64,000 bases of DNA from Candidatus Hermodarchaeota archaeon (GTDB taxonomy: Archaea; Asgardarchaeota; Hermodarchaeia; Hermodarchaeales; Hermodarchaeaceae): NCBI GenBank assembly GCA_016839805.1, contig JAEOTO010000007.1:21171-85170 (forward strand). The letters are read 5' to 3'. The position numbers and the translations under genes are program-made. Positions 29,349 to 39,004 of this stretch are shown here, piece by piece. The notes below the pieces were generated by a model. It made no database searches. It had not been told where the DNA came from and saw nothing but the letters and a program-made list of their open reading frames with translations. The stretch's first letter is position 1. Every line of letters starts with the position of its first letter.

Positions 29349-29885
29349 GTGTGTTCACTACTTGTCAGTGAGATGGTAACGATGTGTTGGGTCCTTCAAC
29401 CCGTGGTTCTTCCCCCCGATCTCTTACTTTTAATCATTCTTTTCGTTGGGGGTCTTGTCGCTATTATCGTAATTGGATTTATTTTATTAATCGTCTACTA
29501 TGCCTATAGGAGATCGATACGAAAAAAAGCGGAACGCGCTGGAGTCTATATAGGAGAAAATCTTCCCTCAAAGAGAGTATGGAACTTCTGTAGCAATGTA
29601 TGGGTCATCTTTCTTTGTGTGATGCTGTTAATTATCATGGTTGTTCCGCAATTATTTTTTTCCTTCTTTACCATCCCAATAAATCTAACAGCTGAGACGG
29701 TGGTGTTGATTGTGTGGGGATTAGCAATTATTTGGGCTGTAGGAATTCCCCTCTTCATGGTCATCATTACTATAGCAGATTGCCTTTGGCTTAGAAATGA
29801 ATATCTGAGTGCTATTGGTGAAAAATCGCTAGGTCAAAAATCGGCTGATTATACGGAAGCTGAACCAGAAAACAGTACAGAGTAA
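29349..29885 (+). CDS. Three-TM membrane protein, paralog of 15147
   Basis: TM-RRSIRKKAERAGV motif. The true start may be slightly downstream. Confidence 0.72.
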   Translation: MCSLLVSEMVTMCWVLQPVVLPPDLLLLIILFVGGLVAIIVIGFILLIVYYAYRRSIRKKAERAGVYIGENLPSKRVWNFCSNVWVIFLCVMLLIIMVVPQLFFSFFTIPINLTAETVVLIVWGLAIIWAVGIPLFMVIITIADCLWLRNEYLSAIGEKSLGQKSADYTEAEPENSTE

Positions 29886-29998
29886 GTAAGGATAGCTTTT
29901 CACGTGTTATGTATTTATTAATTCCAAACTCCATACAAGTCTAACATGGTGCGAGGAAGAATGGGTTCACAGGTCAGTGAATTACCAAAAAGAAATTA

Positions 29999-30706
29999 GT
30001 GAGTTATGAAGAGAATTCTCCCTCCTCCATTAATAAAACTCCAAAAAAGGTGATCCTAAAGGGAGGTTCCATTACATTGAGCGAACCAAAGAAAGGCAGC
30101 TCATGGGATTTTTCAGGAGGTGCCTGTGAAGGTTGCTTTTACGTATCCATTGCGGTAATAATTGGCTGCATCATTATAGGATTCATCGTTTGGCAACTTA
30201 TCATGTTAGGTCAAATTCTTGGAGTGATTCTCGGAATCATTACGTTTTCATCTCTCCTTGTCATTCTTATTCTCTACTTTAGAGCTACTGGTGTCGAAGG
30301 CGATCCCCAACTCGCGTTTAAGTTAAGAGTAGTTGCGACGGTCCTATTTGTAGCGTTTCTAATTGAAGCCATACATACTATTGTATTCTTTTGGACGCCA
30401 ATCTTGCACCCAGTAGTGAGTCAGCTCTTTGCCCAAGCCAATTGGACAGTCGATAGTGGTTTTGTAATGATATGCGTTATAGGATTCTTTCTTGTAATTA
30501 TCGGGGCTTTCTTCTCCATTCCTGTTTGTTTATGGACCAGCATCTGTAGAAATTCGAAAGAAGCCAAGGAAATTACTCCCAAAGTGGTTCAACCACCTGC
30601 CACGGTTGATGAAAAAATCCATCCCAAGAAATGCCCTGTTTGTGGAATGAAACTTTCAGGGATTGAGAAATTCTGTAGCTATTGTGGTGCAGCAATCTCA
30701 AAATAA
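29999..30706 (+). CDS. Four-TM membrane protein with C-terminal zinc ribbon
   Basis: ACEGCF, TM segments and CPVCG..EKFCSYCG. Confidence 0.78.
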   Translation: MSYEENSPSSINKTPKKVILKGGSITLSEPKKGSSWDFSGGACEGCFYVSIAVIIGCIIIGFIVWQLIMLGQILGVILGIITFSSLLVILILYFRATGVEGDPQLAFKLRVVATVLFVAFLIEAIHTIVFFWTPILHPVVSQLFAQANWTVDSGFVMICVIGFFLVIIGAFFSIPVCLWTSICRNSKEAKEITPKVVQPPATVDEKIHPKKCPVCGMKLSGIEKFCSYCGAAISK

Positions 30707-30774
30707 ACTACGGAATAGTGAAATCTAATTCGAAATAAAACGAGTTGAGTAAATTTCATCATAAATTATTGGGG

Positions 30775-30799
30775 GGAGACAATGACGTCTCCATTTTTT
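30775..30799 (+). terminator. Hairpin plus T-tract between convergent genes
   Basis: GGAGAC-AATGAC-GTCTCC-ATTTTTT. Confidence 0.5.
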
Positions 30800-30817
30800 G
30801 AGTTATTGTTGAGTAGC

Positions 30818-32515
30818 CTAGCGTACTTGGTCGCGTTTTCTTCGTAACACAATTAGTATGCCAATTGCAGCAATTGTACCTAGTATAATGGAAGCGATTG
30901 GGAACCCCGGAATTGGTGGGGGAATTATTTCAGTAAGAAGGAGATGAATGTAACCAGTGTAGTTGTTACCGATTAACAGGGTATTGTTCTCTCCTAGGTC
31001 CGTTTGTGAGATCGTGAGTGATATGGGTCCAGATTGAGCAGCCGCAATGGCGGGGAAGGTGTGGAGTAGGAGACCGTTAATATTCCGGAATTCAATTTCG
31101 TCGATAGTGCTAAGTCGTGGAATGAGATTGTGAATATTAATCGTAGCAGTAATAGTGTCATTATCGAAAACAGCACTGGTTAAAGCAGCTGTCAAGCGTG
31201 GTGTTAATTGGAGAAGATAATCAAACGCAGGTACAATGTCAGTCCAAAGGGCATCGATGCCTGCAGAGACGGGATTAAAATATCCATAAATGCCGGTCCA
31301 CTCTTCGATATGGTGGGTAGCATTATCTTCAATTACAGTAATTGCGTCTCCGCTTACCGATGAAGCATTGCGGAAGATTTCAAAACAAATGGGCACGATT
31401 GTATTTCGTTCTTCATACATCCAATCTTGCCATAAGCCGTAGTAACCTGCTGCTAGGTCTTCACGGATACCTCGAGTCGACGGGGCAGAGTAGCCAACAT
31501 CCTCATTCCACCAAGGTGGAAGGAGGCTTTCAAGGTCATTGTAAACAGTATTGTAGAGTAATGGTTCAATCCAGTTCTCAGATTGATCTGAGGGAAAGAA
31601 GGTCGCGTTGATACCAGAGTGAAGGGAAAAGGCCATCGCAAAGCGATGCTGGGATGTAAAATCGCGAAAGACTTGGGTTTCATGTTCGGAAAAAGCTGAG
31701 GGGCCACGATATGCGTCATGATAGGGATCCGAGGATGAACCTGGCTCATTCCCAAAGCCACTGGGATAATTACGGTTTAAATCCACGTATCCAACTGGAT
31801 CTTCGTTTTTTTCACCATCGGCATCGTTGTCGATACCTTCAAAATAGGTAAATTGGTAAACCATTGAAGAATCGTAGACGTCATAACTTGATATGGTTCC
31901 ATCGGCGTTGATGTCTTCATAACCATCTTCGTCAAATTGTCCGTCTGAGTCATGGTCAAAGGGTCGGAGGTTCTTTCGAAGCCAATAGTTTCCTTGATTA
32001 ACGACGTATTCGAGGGTATCAGGGTTCAAACTGGGGATGATGTAGATTTCTTGGGTGTTCACATACTCAGTTAGTGTTGGGTCAATCCCATAATTGTTTA
32101 TGAGCCGAATAATGAATCGCAAGGCAGCTTCTACCGTGATTTGTTCGCGACCATGATGGTGGGCTACAACAAGTGTCTTAGCTTTTTGGCGAGTGTCAGT
32201 TTCATTGGTTATTCGAAGGCAAGTGATGTTTAGTCCATTAAAGCTGTGCCCGATTACTTCGAGGTCAATGAGTTCTGGGGCCTGTGAATGGAAATAGGCA
32301 ATTTCTTCTTCCATTTCATTATAATCGTGAAACTGTCCTGGATATTGAAGAGTGACTGGATTCAGAACTCGATTAATTGATGGAATTGCTTTCACTTTAA
32401 GAGTCCTTGTATTAGAAATAAAAGAAAGGCTCATAACCGGTAATAGGGACAAGCAGAAAAGACCTAGTAAACCAATTACAAATGCTTTTTTCATGGAATA
32501 GATGAAGCCTCTCAT
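30818..32515 (-). CDS. M14 zinc carboxypeptidase with PGF/Loki-CTERM-type tail
   Basis: HHGRE (HxxE), NPD, RKN, DLNRNY, SLHS and CFEI motifs; C-terminal IPGFPI-TM-RRKR. Confidence 0.9.
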   Translation of the reverse strand: MRGFIYSMKKAFVIGLLGLFCLSLLPVMSLSFISNTRTLKVKAIPSINRVLNPVTLQYPGQFHDYNEMEEEIAYFHSQAPELIDLEVIGHSFNGLNITCLRITNETDTRQKAKTLVVAHHHGREQITVEAALRFIIRLINNYGIDPTLTEYVNTQEIYIIPSLNPDTLEYVVNQGNYWLRKNLRPFDHDSDGQFDEDGYEDINADGTISSYDVYDSSMVYQFTYFEGIDNDADGEKNEDPVGYVDLNRNYPSGFGNEPGSSSDPYHDAYRGPSAFSEHETQVFRDFTSQHRFAMAFSLHSGINATFFPSDQSENWIEPLLYNTVYNDLESLLPPWWNEDVGYSAPSTRGIREDLAAGYYGLWQDWMYEERNTIVPICFEIFRNASSVSGDAITVIEDNATHHIEEWTGIYGYFNPVSAGIDALWTDIVPAFDYLLQLTPRLTAALTSAVFDNDTITATINIHNLIPRLSTIDEIEFRNINGLLLHTFPAIAAAQSGPISLTISQTDLGENNTLLIGNNYTGYIHLLLTEIIPPPIPGFPIASIILGTIAAIGILIVLRRKRDQVR

Positions 32516-32679
32516 AAACCAAAATATCCTCTTGTTTTGCTTTTTTATTCATGGGAACCGGCAAGTTCGGAAACCAACGAGGTTATTATGAGTTCTTAGT
32601 CAAAAAAAGAGGAAAAAGCATTTTGAGCGCTTGGATATTTAAGGATAACAACTACCTGAAAAGCACAAGGCGGTTCCTT

Positions 32680-33014
32680 ATGTCGGATGAAACAGCTTCG
32701 ACACTAATACTAATTGGTGCGATTCTCCAAATTCTTCTTTCAATTGCCCTTCTCGCGCTTGGAGGACTCGGGTTCATACTACCACTCATATCGGGGCATC
32801 ATTAGATCTTTGGCTGCTTATTCCAGCCTTCTTCTTTATTGGCGGAATCATCAGCCTCATTTTCTGTATCCTCTGGCTAAACTGGCGTAACGACCCTGGA
32901 GCGAACAAAACAGCAATTATTGTTACAAGTATTCTTGGATTGATTTTCGGGGGATTCTTGCCTGGGCTTCTCGTCCTCATTGGTGGAATCACCGCAACTG
33001 AAGAATCAGCATAA
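32680..33014 (+). pseudogene. Frameshifted small membrane protein (paralog of 23915-24325)
   Basis: MSDETASTLILIGAILQ... stops at 32805. Another frame continues ASLDLWLLIPAFF..WRNDPGANKTAII..GFLPGLLVLIGG to TAA at 33014. The span is 335 bp, one base short of an intact frame. Confidence 0.65.
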
Positions 33015-33115
33015 CTGGGTCAATACATCATTTTGACCCGCTCTCCATTTTTTCCCTTACTAGTATTATTCGAAAATGTTGAGTTTATAATCGAATCTGC
33101 AAACCTACCTATGAC

Positions 33116-33196
33116 GTTGCCTGCGTCGCCCCCTGCCTGGGTGTCGCTGCGGAGTCCGGGAGCCAACTCAACGGGTGCAGAGAACCCGGGTTACTC
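33116..33196 (+). ncRNA. Candidate structured small RNA, family unknown
   Basis: GC-rich island (55 of 81 nt) with two hairpins, TTTATAA about 25 nt upstream and a T-tract downstream. Confidence 0.35.
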
Positions 33197-33266
33197 TTTC
33201 TTTTCGCCAGTTTGATTTATAGAATCTCGTGAGTAAATAATCAAGAATCTAACCGAGGCAATCTTC

Positions 33267-34034
33267 ATGGTATTACAGGATCTGTTAATCCTAGATCATT
33301 TTCTCTATTCATTTAAAATACCGATTTTTAACCGTCTAAAAAGCTTAGGCGATTCACTCAAAAACTGCGAATACAGAAAAATCACTCGACCGGATACAAG
33401 CTATGAAGGTGTCTACATCTTCGCTCAAGATGGCAGTTATCTTGAATTACTCAAGAACCCTGAACAAACTCCAAATGTTTTTGCCCTAGCTGTTAGCTCT
33501 CTATCTCCAAAACAAGAAACCGTCAAAGCACTTCCCTCACTCTATCCAAAGTTACAGTGGTCAACTCAACAGATTCAAGACACTGACAATAAACCCTGGT
33601 ATACCTATTATGGTCAATCACCCATTCAGGATACCCAACGGCAAGGTCTAGTACTATGGGCAATGCAATACCACAATTTGCGGCGTCACCGTCCCTATCA
33701 GTATCAGAAGAAACTCCCTTCAAAAAAGAAATTCACCATCAAAGAATTCATCTCAACGCGAATCAAAATTCCCCCCAGACATCTGGATTTAATCCGAGTT
33801 CAATCCCAATGGATCCCTGGCAACCACAGTATCAGTGACCAAAAAGTTGTATTACGCGTTCTTAATCCCTCTTTTAACGAGTTTGAAATTATCATGGAAA
33901 TCGATGAAGAGAAGGCGGAGAATAAACCAGTGAGTGTAACGATGCGATTAGTTGAAGGCACAAAATTAGTATCCCAAGAAGTCAAAGGCATACGCTTGAC
34001 CCGACTACAAAATGTGCTTATCATTAACTTTTGA
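33267..34034 (+). CDS. Hypothetical protein (VOC/glyoxalase-like, DUF5829-like)
   Basis: LDHF..YEGVYIF..GSYLELL pattern. Confidence 0.55.
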   Translation: MVLQDLLILDHFLYSFKIPIFNRLKSLGDSLKNCEYRKITRPDTSYEGVYIFAQDGSYLELLKNPEQTPNVFALAVSSLSPKQETVKALPSLYPKLQWSTQQIQDTDNKPWYTYYGQSPIQDTQRQGLVLWAMQYHNLRRHRPYQYQKKLPSKKKFTIKEFISTRIKIPPRHLDLIRVQSQWIPGNHSISDQKVVLRVLNPSFNEFEIIMEIDEEKAENKPVSVTMRLVEGTKLVSQEVKGIRLTRLQNVLIINF

Positions 34035-34081
34035 AGCTTCAATGATAGTGCCCAATCTGAGAAAACCGAAACAATGGGTGC

Positions 34082-34423
34082 TTAATCTCTTATCCCTTCG
34101 AACATATGCTGCATTTGTCGCTGATAGTCACGGAAAGCTTCGCGTCCCCCTTTCGTCAGTTGAATCACCGTTAAGGGTTTCCTATCTACAAACTTCTTGA
34201 TAATTTCAACATACCCTGCATTCTCAAGTTTCGTAATATGTGATGACAGATTACCATCCGATAATCCCGTTTGTCGCTTGAGAAACAAAAAGTTAGCACT
34301 ATCAAGAACATAAAGGTGAGACATAATTAACAAGCGGGCTGGCTCATGTATGACTCGATCAATGTCATCAATAATTGGAAATCCAGTATCACTGGGCTCC
34401 TCAGGCACCCGCCACCTCTCCAA
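34082..34423 (-). CDS. Winged-helix transcriptional regulator (ArsR/MarR-like)
   Basis: IHEPARLLIMSHL..FLKRQTGLSDGNLSSHITKLENAGYV..LTKGGR. Confidence 0.9.
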   Translation of the reverse strand: MERWRVPEEPSDTGFPIIDDIDRVIHEPARLLIMSHLYVLDSANFLFLKRQTGLSDGNLSSHITKLENAGYVEIIKKFVDRKPLTVIQLTKGGREAFRDYQRQMQHMFEGIRD

Positions 34424-35015
34424 CTAGTTGTTTTGGATACTTCAATAAAAACCGATATAACAAAACCAACCCATAAGAAAGGATCGTGAGGCTGATCACA
34501 ATGAGGGGTAGAATTACTACGAAGGGGAAGAAAAATGTCACAACTGATGAGGCTAAAAATACACTTCCATAAGAATAAAACCTCTTCATATCTGAGATGT
34601 ATCCAATAAAACTGAAAATGATCGCTCCGAATATTCCAATCAGGAGTATGGTATATTGGGATTCAAAAATAAAAATACCCAGGGGGGGATAGATCATGGC
34701 TAAAATACCAAGAAGATTAGCAAAAACAAGCACTATGACTCCAACTAATAAAACATTTTGAATTCTACGTTTTCGTGCAGCTGAGAATTCAACATAGCCC
34801 ATACGGGGAACTGTAATTTTCTTTTTTATTCCCGTATAGACTGACATCCAAGCAATTAATCCTCCAACCACAAAGAACCAGAACTCGGGTAACAACCAAA
34901 TAAAAATCACTAAATTTAAAATGACACTACCAATGCAGATGTCTAAAATCCCATCTTGATGATAGGAAATGAACGCCTTTCTTTCTATTTCTTTTAGCTT
35001 CACATTCTCAGTCAT
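34401..35015 (-). CDS. Six-TM membrane protein (tandem paralog 3)
   Basis: SYHQDGILDI and ITVPRMGYVEF motifs. Start at MTENVK; the ORF track starts at 35066. Confidence 0.8.
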   Translation of the reverse strand: MTENVKLKEIERKAFISYHQDGILDICIGSVILNLVIFIWLLPEFWFFVVGGLIAWMSVYTGIKKKITVPRMGYVEFSAARKRRIQNVLLVGVIVLVFANLLGILAMIYPPLGIFIFESQYTILLIGIFGAIIFSFIGYISDMKRFYSYGSVFLASSVVTFFFPFVVILPLIVISLTILSYGLVLLYRFLLKYPKQLVGEVAGA

Positions 35016-35628
35016 AAGATGCCTTCCCTCCTTCATCAATTCCGTTCTTGGGAAACCGACGAACAAATCGAATAACCAATACTACGCCAATACTCAAAGA
35101 GAGTAATCCGACAAAACCAAGTGGTAAAAATAAAACAGGAAGCCAAAAGTTGCTTAACACAAAGAGCAAAGCCAGCAAAACCCCATACAAGTAGAAACGA
35201 CGAATCCCTGAGTAATAACCAGCTGCAATAAGCGCTACTAGACCACTAGAAGCGAGTATCAACATATAATTGGCTTCAAGTAGTGGCATAACATTTGGAA
35301 CCAAGAGCAAAACTAGTAATACTCCAATTAGTGGGGTAAAAATAACGGCGAAAAGGGCAAAAATGACCATGAAATTCTTCTCTTGACGTGTATAAGAAAA
35401 TTCTACAAAACCTAATCGAGGAATTGTCACGTTTTTCTTCAACGAAATATAGGCAAATAACCAAACGATGGATGAGCCCATCATCCCACCAAGTAATGGT
35501 GGAAATAGAAAAATGATTACAGCCATTTGCGTCAAGGCACCACCCAGGCATAGGTCAAGCAAACCATCTTGGTGATAGGAGAGGAAGACCCTTTGCTCAA
35601 TAGCTTTAAGATCAGAAGACTCATTCAT
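35008..35628 (-). CDS. Six-TM membrane protein (tandem paralog 2)
   Basis: SYHQDGLLDL and VTIPRLGFVEF motifs. Confidence 0.8.
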   Translation of the reverse strand: MNESSDLKAIEQRVFLSYHQDGLLDLCLGGALTQMAVIIFLFPPLLGGMMGSSIVWLFAYISLKKNVTIPRLGFVEFSYTRQEKNFMVIFALFAVIFTPLIGVLLVLLLVPNVMPLLEANYMLILASSGLVALIAAGYYSGIRRFYLYGVLLALLFVLSNFWLPVLFLPLGFVGLLSLSIGVVLVIRFVRRFPKNGIDEGGKASYD

Positions 35629-35645
35629 TATTAATCACCTTTGGT

Positions 35646-36269
35646 TCATTCATCCTCCCAATTATCATAGGATCCTTCACTTGATTCTACCTTCGGGTAT
35701 TTCTGTACAAATTGGTATAACATAACAAAACCGGTCACAGTTATTGTCAGTCCCAACACAAAAATGGGAAAGAAGAGGTGCAATTGAAATACGTGGGTTA
35801 TTATGAACACTAAGAAGGCTAAGGCACCATAGCCAGAAAGTCGGTATACTTGGGTTACCCACCCAAAAAGGGCAAACAATCCTCCAACAACACCAGCGAC
35901 AACCAACAGTCCATACTGGTTTAAGAAAATTCGGAGTTCAGGTGTCAATAATCCAAACGCCATAATCGCAAAGATTACAAAGTTCAAAACTAACAACAAT
36001 GTGACAAGGAACATGACTCGATATCGCCGGCTCTGTTTAAACTCTACATAACCAATACGAGGTACAGTTATCGACCTTTTTGCACCAGCATAACTTACCA
36101 CCCAGACAACGAGGATACCTCCTATCAGGTAAAAGATGGTTTCAAAAAATAGAAGTATGATGCTTAATGTAACAATCGCCAGGCCCAGAAAGATGTCAAC
36201 AATTCCATCTTGATGATAGGATGTATAGGCTCTTCGTTCCAAGGCTTTCAAGTCCACATGTTCAGTCAT
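35646..36269 (-). CDS. Six-TM membrane protein (tandem paralog 1)
   Basis: SYHQDGIVDI and ITVPRIGYVEF motifs. Start at MTEHVD. Confidence 0.8.
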   Translation of the reverse strand: MTEHVDLKALERRAYTSYHQDGIVDIFLGLAIVTLSIILLFFETIFYLIGGILVVWVVSYAGAKRSITVPRIGYVEFKQSRRYRVMFLVTLLLVLNFVIFAIMAFGLLTPELRIFLNQYGLLVVAGVVGGLFALFGWVTQVYRLSGYGALAFLVFIITHVFQLHLFFPIFVLGLTITVTGFVMLYQFVQKYPKVESSEGSYDNWEDE

Positions 36270-36290
36270 TTTAATTCGCCTTGACGTAAT

Positions 36291-36346
36291 AGTGCTTTGC
36301 CACACTTAAATACTTTGTGATAGTATAGCACTTTGTATGGCAAAGT
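36291..36346. promoter_or_regulatory. Candidate operator in a divergent promoter
   Basis: Perfect palindrome ACTTTG-N5-CAAAGT (36330-36346), with extra half-sites GCTTTG and ACTTTG upstream. Confidence 0.45.
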
Positions 36347-36379
36347 TAATAAGGAGGTAATTAACAAACAATCCATAAG

Positions 36380-37156
36380 GTGAAACGCATGTACAACGGC
36401 GTTAGCATCGAAACACAAAAACTCAACAAACAATTTGGACCCGTCCACGCTGTACGAAACCTAACCTTACAAGTTCGGGAAGGTAGTCGTTTTGGCTTCC
36501 TTGGTCCGAACGGCGCTGGAAAAACTACGACAGTGCGGATTCTCTCAGGTCTAATGAAACCGTCAAGCGGTACGGCTACCGTATGTGGTCTACCACTAGC
36601 CTCAAAACGTAATGAAATCAAGGCTATAACTGGCCTATTACCAGAAACACCCGGATTATATTCGAAACTATCTGCAGTTGAATTCCTTGAATTCATCGGT
36701 GCACTCAATGGTCGTAATGGCAAAGCCTTGAATGGTCGTATCGACCGATTACTGGCTATCTTAGGTTTAGAATCTCGCCAAGATGATTTACTTGAATCCT
36801 ATTCGTCAGGAATGAAACAAAAAGTGCTCATTGCCTCAACAATATTACATGAGCCAAAACTGGTTTTTCTAGATGAACCCACAGCACGCCTTGACCCCAG
36901 TGCAAGCGCTATTGTGAAAGAATTGATCGGTATCCTTGCAGAGTCAACGGGAACAACCTTCTTCATTTGCACTCATCAAACATCTTTTGCTGAGGATGTT
37001 TGTGATCAAATTGGGATCATCAATGAAGGCCAGTTAGTGGCACTTGGACCAGTTGAAGAGCTTATTGAAACTTCAAAGGCAAAGGATTTGGAAAACGCAT
37101 ACCTGCAAATTGTTGGCGGGAAAGTCGACCGTGAAGCCCTCCTTGCTTGGAGGTGA
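36380..37156 (+). CDS. ABC transporter ATP-binding protein
   Basis: GPNGAGKTT, YSSGMKQK, FLDEPT and CTH motifs. Confidence 0.95.
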   Translation: MKRMYNGVSIETQKLNKQFGPVHAVRNLTLQVREGSRFGFLGPNGAGKTTTVRILSGLMKPSSGTATVCGLPLASKRNEIKAITGLLPETPGLYSKLSAVEFLEFIGALNGRNGKALNGRIDRLLAILGLESRQDDLLESYSSGMKQKVLIASTILHEPKLVFLDEPTARLDPSASAIVKELIGILAESTGTTFFICTHQTSFAEDVCDQIGIINEGQLVALGPVEELIETSKAKDLENAYLQIVGGKVDREALLAWR

Positions 37157-37160
37157 GCAA

Positions 37161-38855
37161 ATGGCAAGTAAATGGTATAGTATTGCGAAAGCTGAATACC
37201 AGGTTAGTACTTCATCAATGCGAAAAAGTCGTACACGAAACATGATTCTACTTCTAGCATTTGGACTAGTCTGGGCGATCTTTCTAGCACCATTCATGAT
37301 AGGAACAATCACAGGGTTGATTCTGCCCTTTGAATTCCTTCAAATCCTATTAGTCACCATTCTTCCGGGATTTATGCGAGCTGTCATGTTCTTCCTTTGG
37401 ATGATGATTCTCATCATTCCCTTGTCACGGGCCCTTCAGGAGATTAAAATTGGTCAATGGGAAATCCTACTCTCAAACGATGTGAGAACTCGGGATATTC
37501 TAATTGGTTCATTTCTGGGTAAACTCCCAATCTATGGACTCCTAGTCTTGTATCTTGCTCCACCTTTCTTTGCATTATTTTTCCTTGCTTTCGAAGTCAC
37601 CCTAATAGGACAAATCCTAATCTACTTGACACTCTTCATTGCAGTGCTATCAACAATCTGGTTATCAAATCTCATCACCGTGGCCATCCAAGCCAAACTT
37701 GGTGAATCCCCCCGTGGAAAAGACATCGCAAATGGCGTAGGAATCTTACTCGCCATAGTTAGCATTATCCCCATGTACGGTATTATGTTCTTTAGCCTTC
37801 AGTTTTCTGCCATATTAGGGTTAAACGTCTTCCTCATCTTTCCCTTCACCTGGCCTGCCGACGTCATCAGCTGGATCACCATTCTATTCAGCCAAATTGG
37901 ATTAACTTCCAACCACATCCTAATCTTCCAACAGACACTTCAATTTGACATAAACATAAGCACAACGCTGCTCAGTCTCTTTGCTGCAGTTTGCATTATT
38001 ATTGGACTAGCATCCGCAGACCGTATCTTCACATACAATATCGGCGCCCGTACCGAACAGATCACCACCATCAAGGGCGAAAACGTCATACTTCGTGGAA
38101 TACGAAAAGTCGCATCAGGTTCATTTGGTACGCTCTTAGTGACATGCCTTAAGGACTTCTTCCGCAAAGCATCAAATCTCTCCCGAATCGCCTATGGTAT
38201 CATACTCGCAATAGTTCTACCATTCATTATGACTCAAATGATCCTCATTGTCGGCCGTGACTCCGGAGGCGTCGATATGATGATGGTCGTCATGATAAGT
38301 GGTATCAGCATGGCGCTCATCGGATCATTCGCTTTTTCAGGCACAGCTTTCATGGAAAGTAAAGACCAATTATGGATTATTCAAAGCACGCCCTCTGGCA
38401 CGACTCGTTATGTTAAAGCCCGTTTGATTGCAGGTTTTCTAATAGCCTTACCGCTGTGCATCATTCCCGCACTCGCGATAACCATCATCATCACAGGAAC
38501 CCTCGCAACCCTTGGATTTCTACTCATCTATGGATACATCATCATCTGTGGAGCGATTATGTTCAGTACTGGTGTTACAGCACTCAATCCCTACTACGAA
38601 GATACTAAATCCCCTGAACACCAAATGAATGTCATGGTGACTACAATGGGTGTAGAGTTCACGATATTAGCTCCCATAATGATTTCACTTTTCGGTGACA
38701 TTCTTGGATTACCTTTCTGGGACATAATCCGCAGCATTGCTGGATCTGCAGGCATGCCTTTTGCTTTTGCAATAATCGGCATGGTCGCACTCCTCATCGT
38801 TGGAGGAGGGGCCCTTCTCATTGGAACTCGACGGTTAGCACAACCTGAAGTCTAA
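37161..38855 (+). CDS. ABC-2-type exporter permease (large, about 12-14 TM)
   Basis: Multi-TM protein directly after the ATPase; ATG at 37161 follows a GGAGGTGA RBS. Confidence 0.8.
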   Translation: MASKWYSIAKAEYQVSTSSMRKSRTRNMILLLAFGLVWAIFLAPFMIGTITGLILPFEFLQILLVTILPGFMRAVMFFLWMMILIIPLSRALQEIKIGQWEILLSNDVRTRDILIGSFLGKLPIYGLLVLYLAPPFFALFFLAFEVTLIGQILIYLTLFIAVLSTIWLSNLITVAIQAKLGESPRGKDIANGVGILLAIVSIIPMYGIMFFSLQFSAILGLNVFLIFPFTWPADVISWITILFSQIGLTSNHILIFQQTLQFDINISTTLLSLFAAVCIIIGLASADRIFTYNIGARTEQITTIKGENVILRGIRKVASGSFGTLLVTCLKDFFRKASNLSRIAYGIILAIVLPFIMTQMILIVGRDSGGVDMMMVVMISGISMALIGSFAFSGTAFMESKDQLWIIQSTPSGTTRYVKARLIAGFLIALPLCIIPALAITIIITGTLATLGFLLIYGYIIICGAIMFSTGVTALNPYYEDTKSPEHQMNVMVTTMGVEFTILAPIMISLFGDILGLPFWDIIRSIAGSAGMPFAFAIIGMVALLIVGGGALLIGTRRLAQPEV

Positions 38856-38870
38856 ACAAATCTACCAAAA

Positions 38871-38901
38871 GGCACCTTCTTAAGGTGCCCTTCTCTTTTT
38901 T
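38871..38901 (+). terminator. Hairpin plus T-tract
   Basis: GGCACCTT-CTT-AAGGTGCC followed by CTTCTCTTTTTT. Confidence 0.7.
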
Positions 38902-39004
38902 CATAATTTGATATTTTTTACAGCCGTATAGTAATGCTTAGAATTAAAATGTTCTATCAAAAAAGCGAGTCCCGGAGCTTTCAATGCTCCGGGTTAATGT
39001 CTAG

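Noticed and set aside
33116-33196. tRNA gene (the minus strand contains CCGGGTTC)
   Set aside because: No cloverleaf with matching acceptor, D and anticodon arms could be built on either strand.
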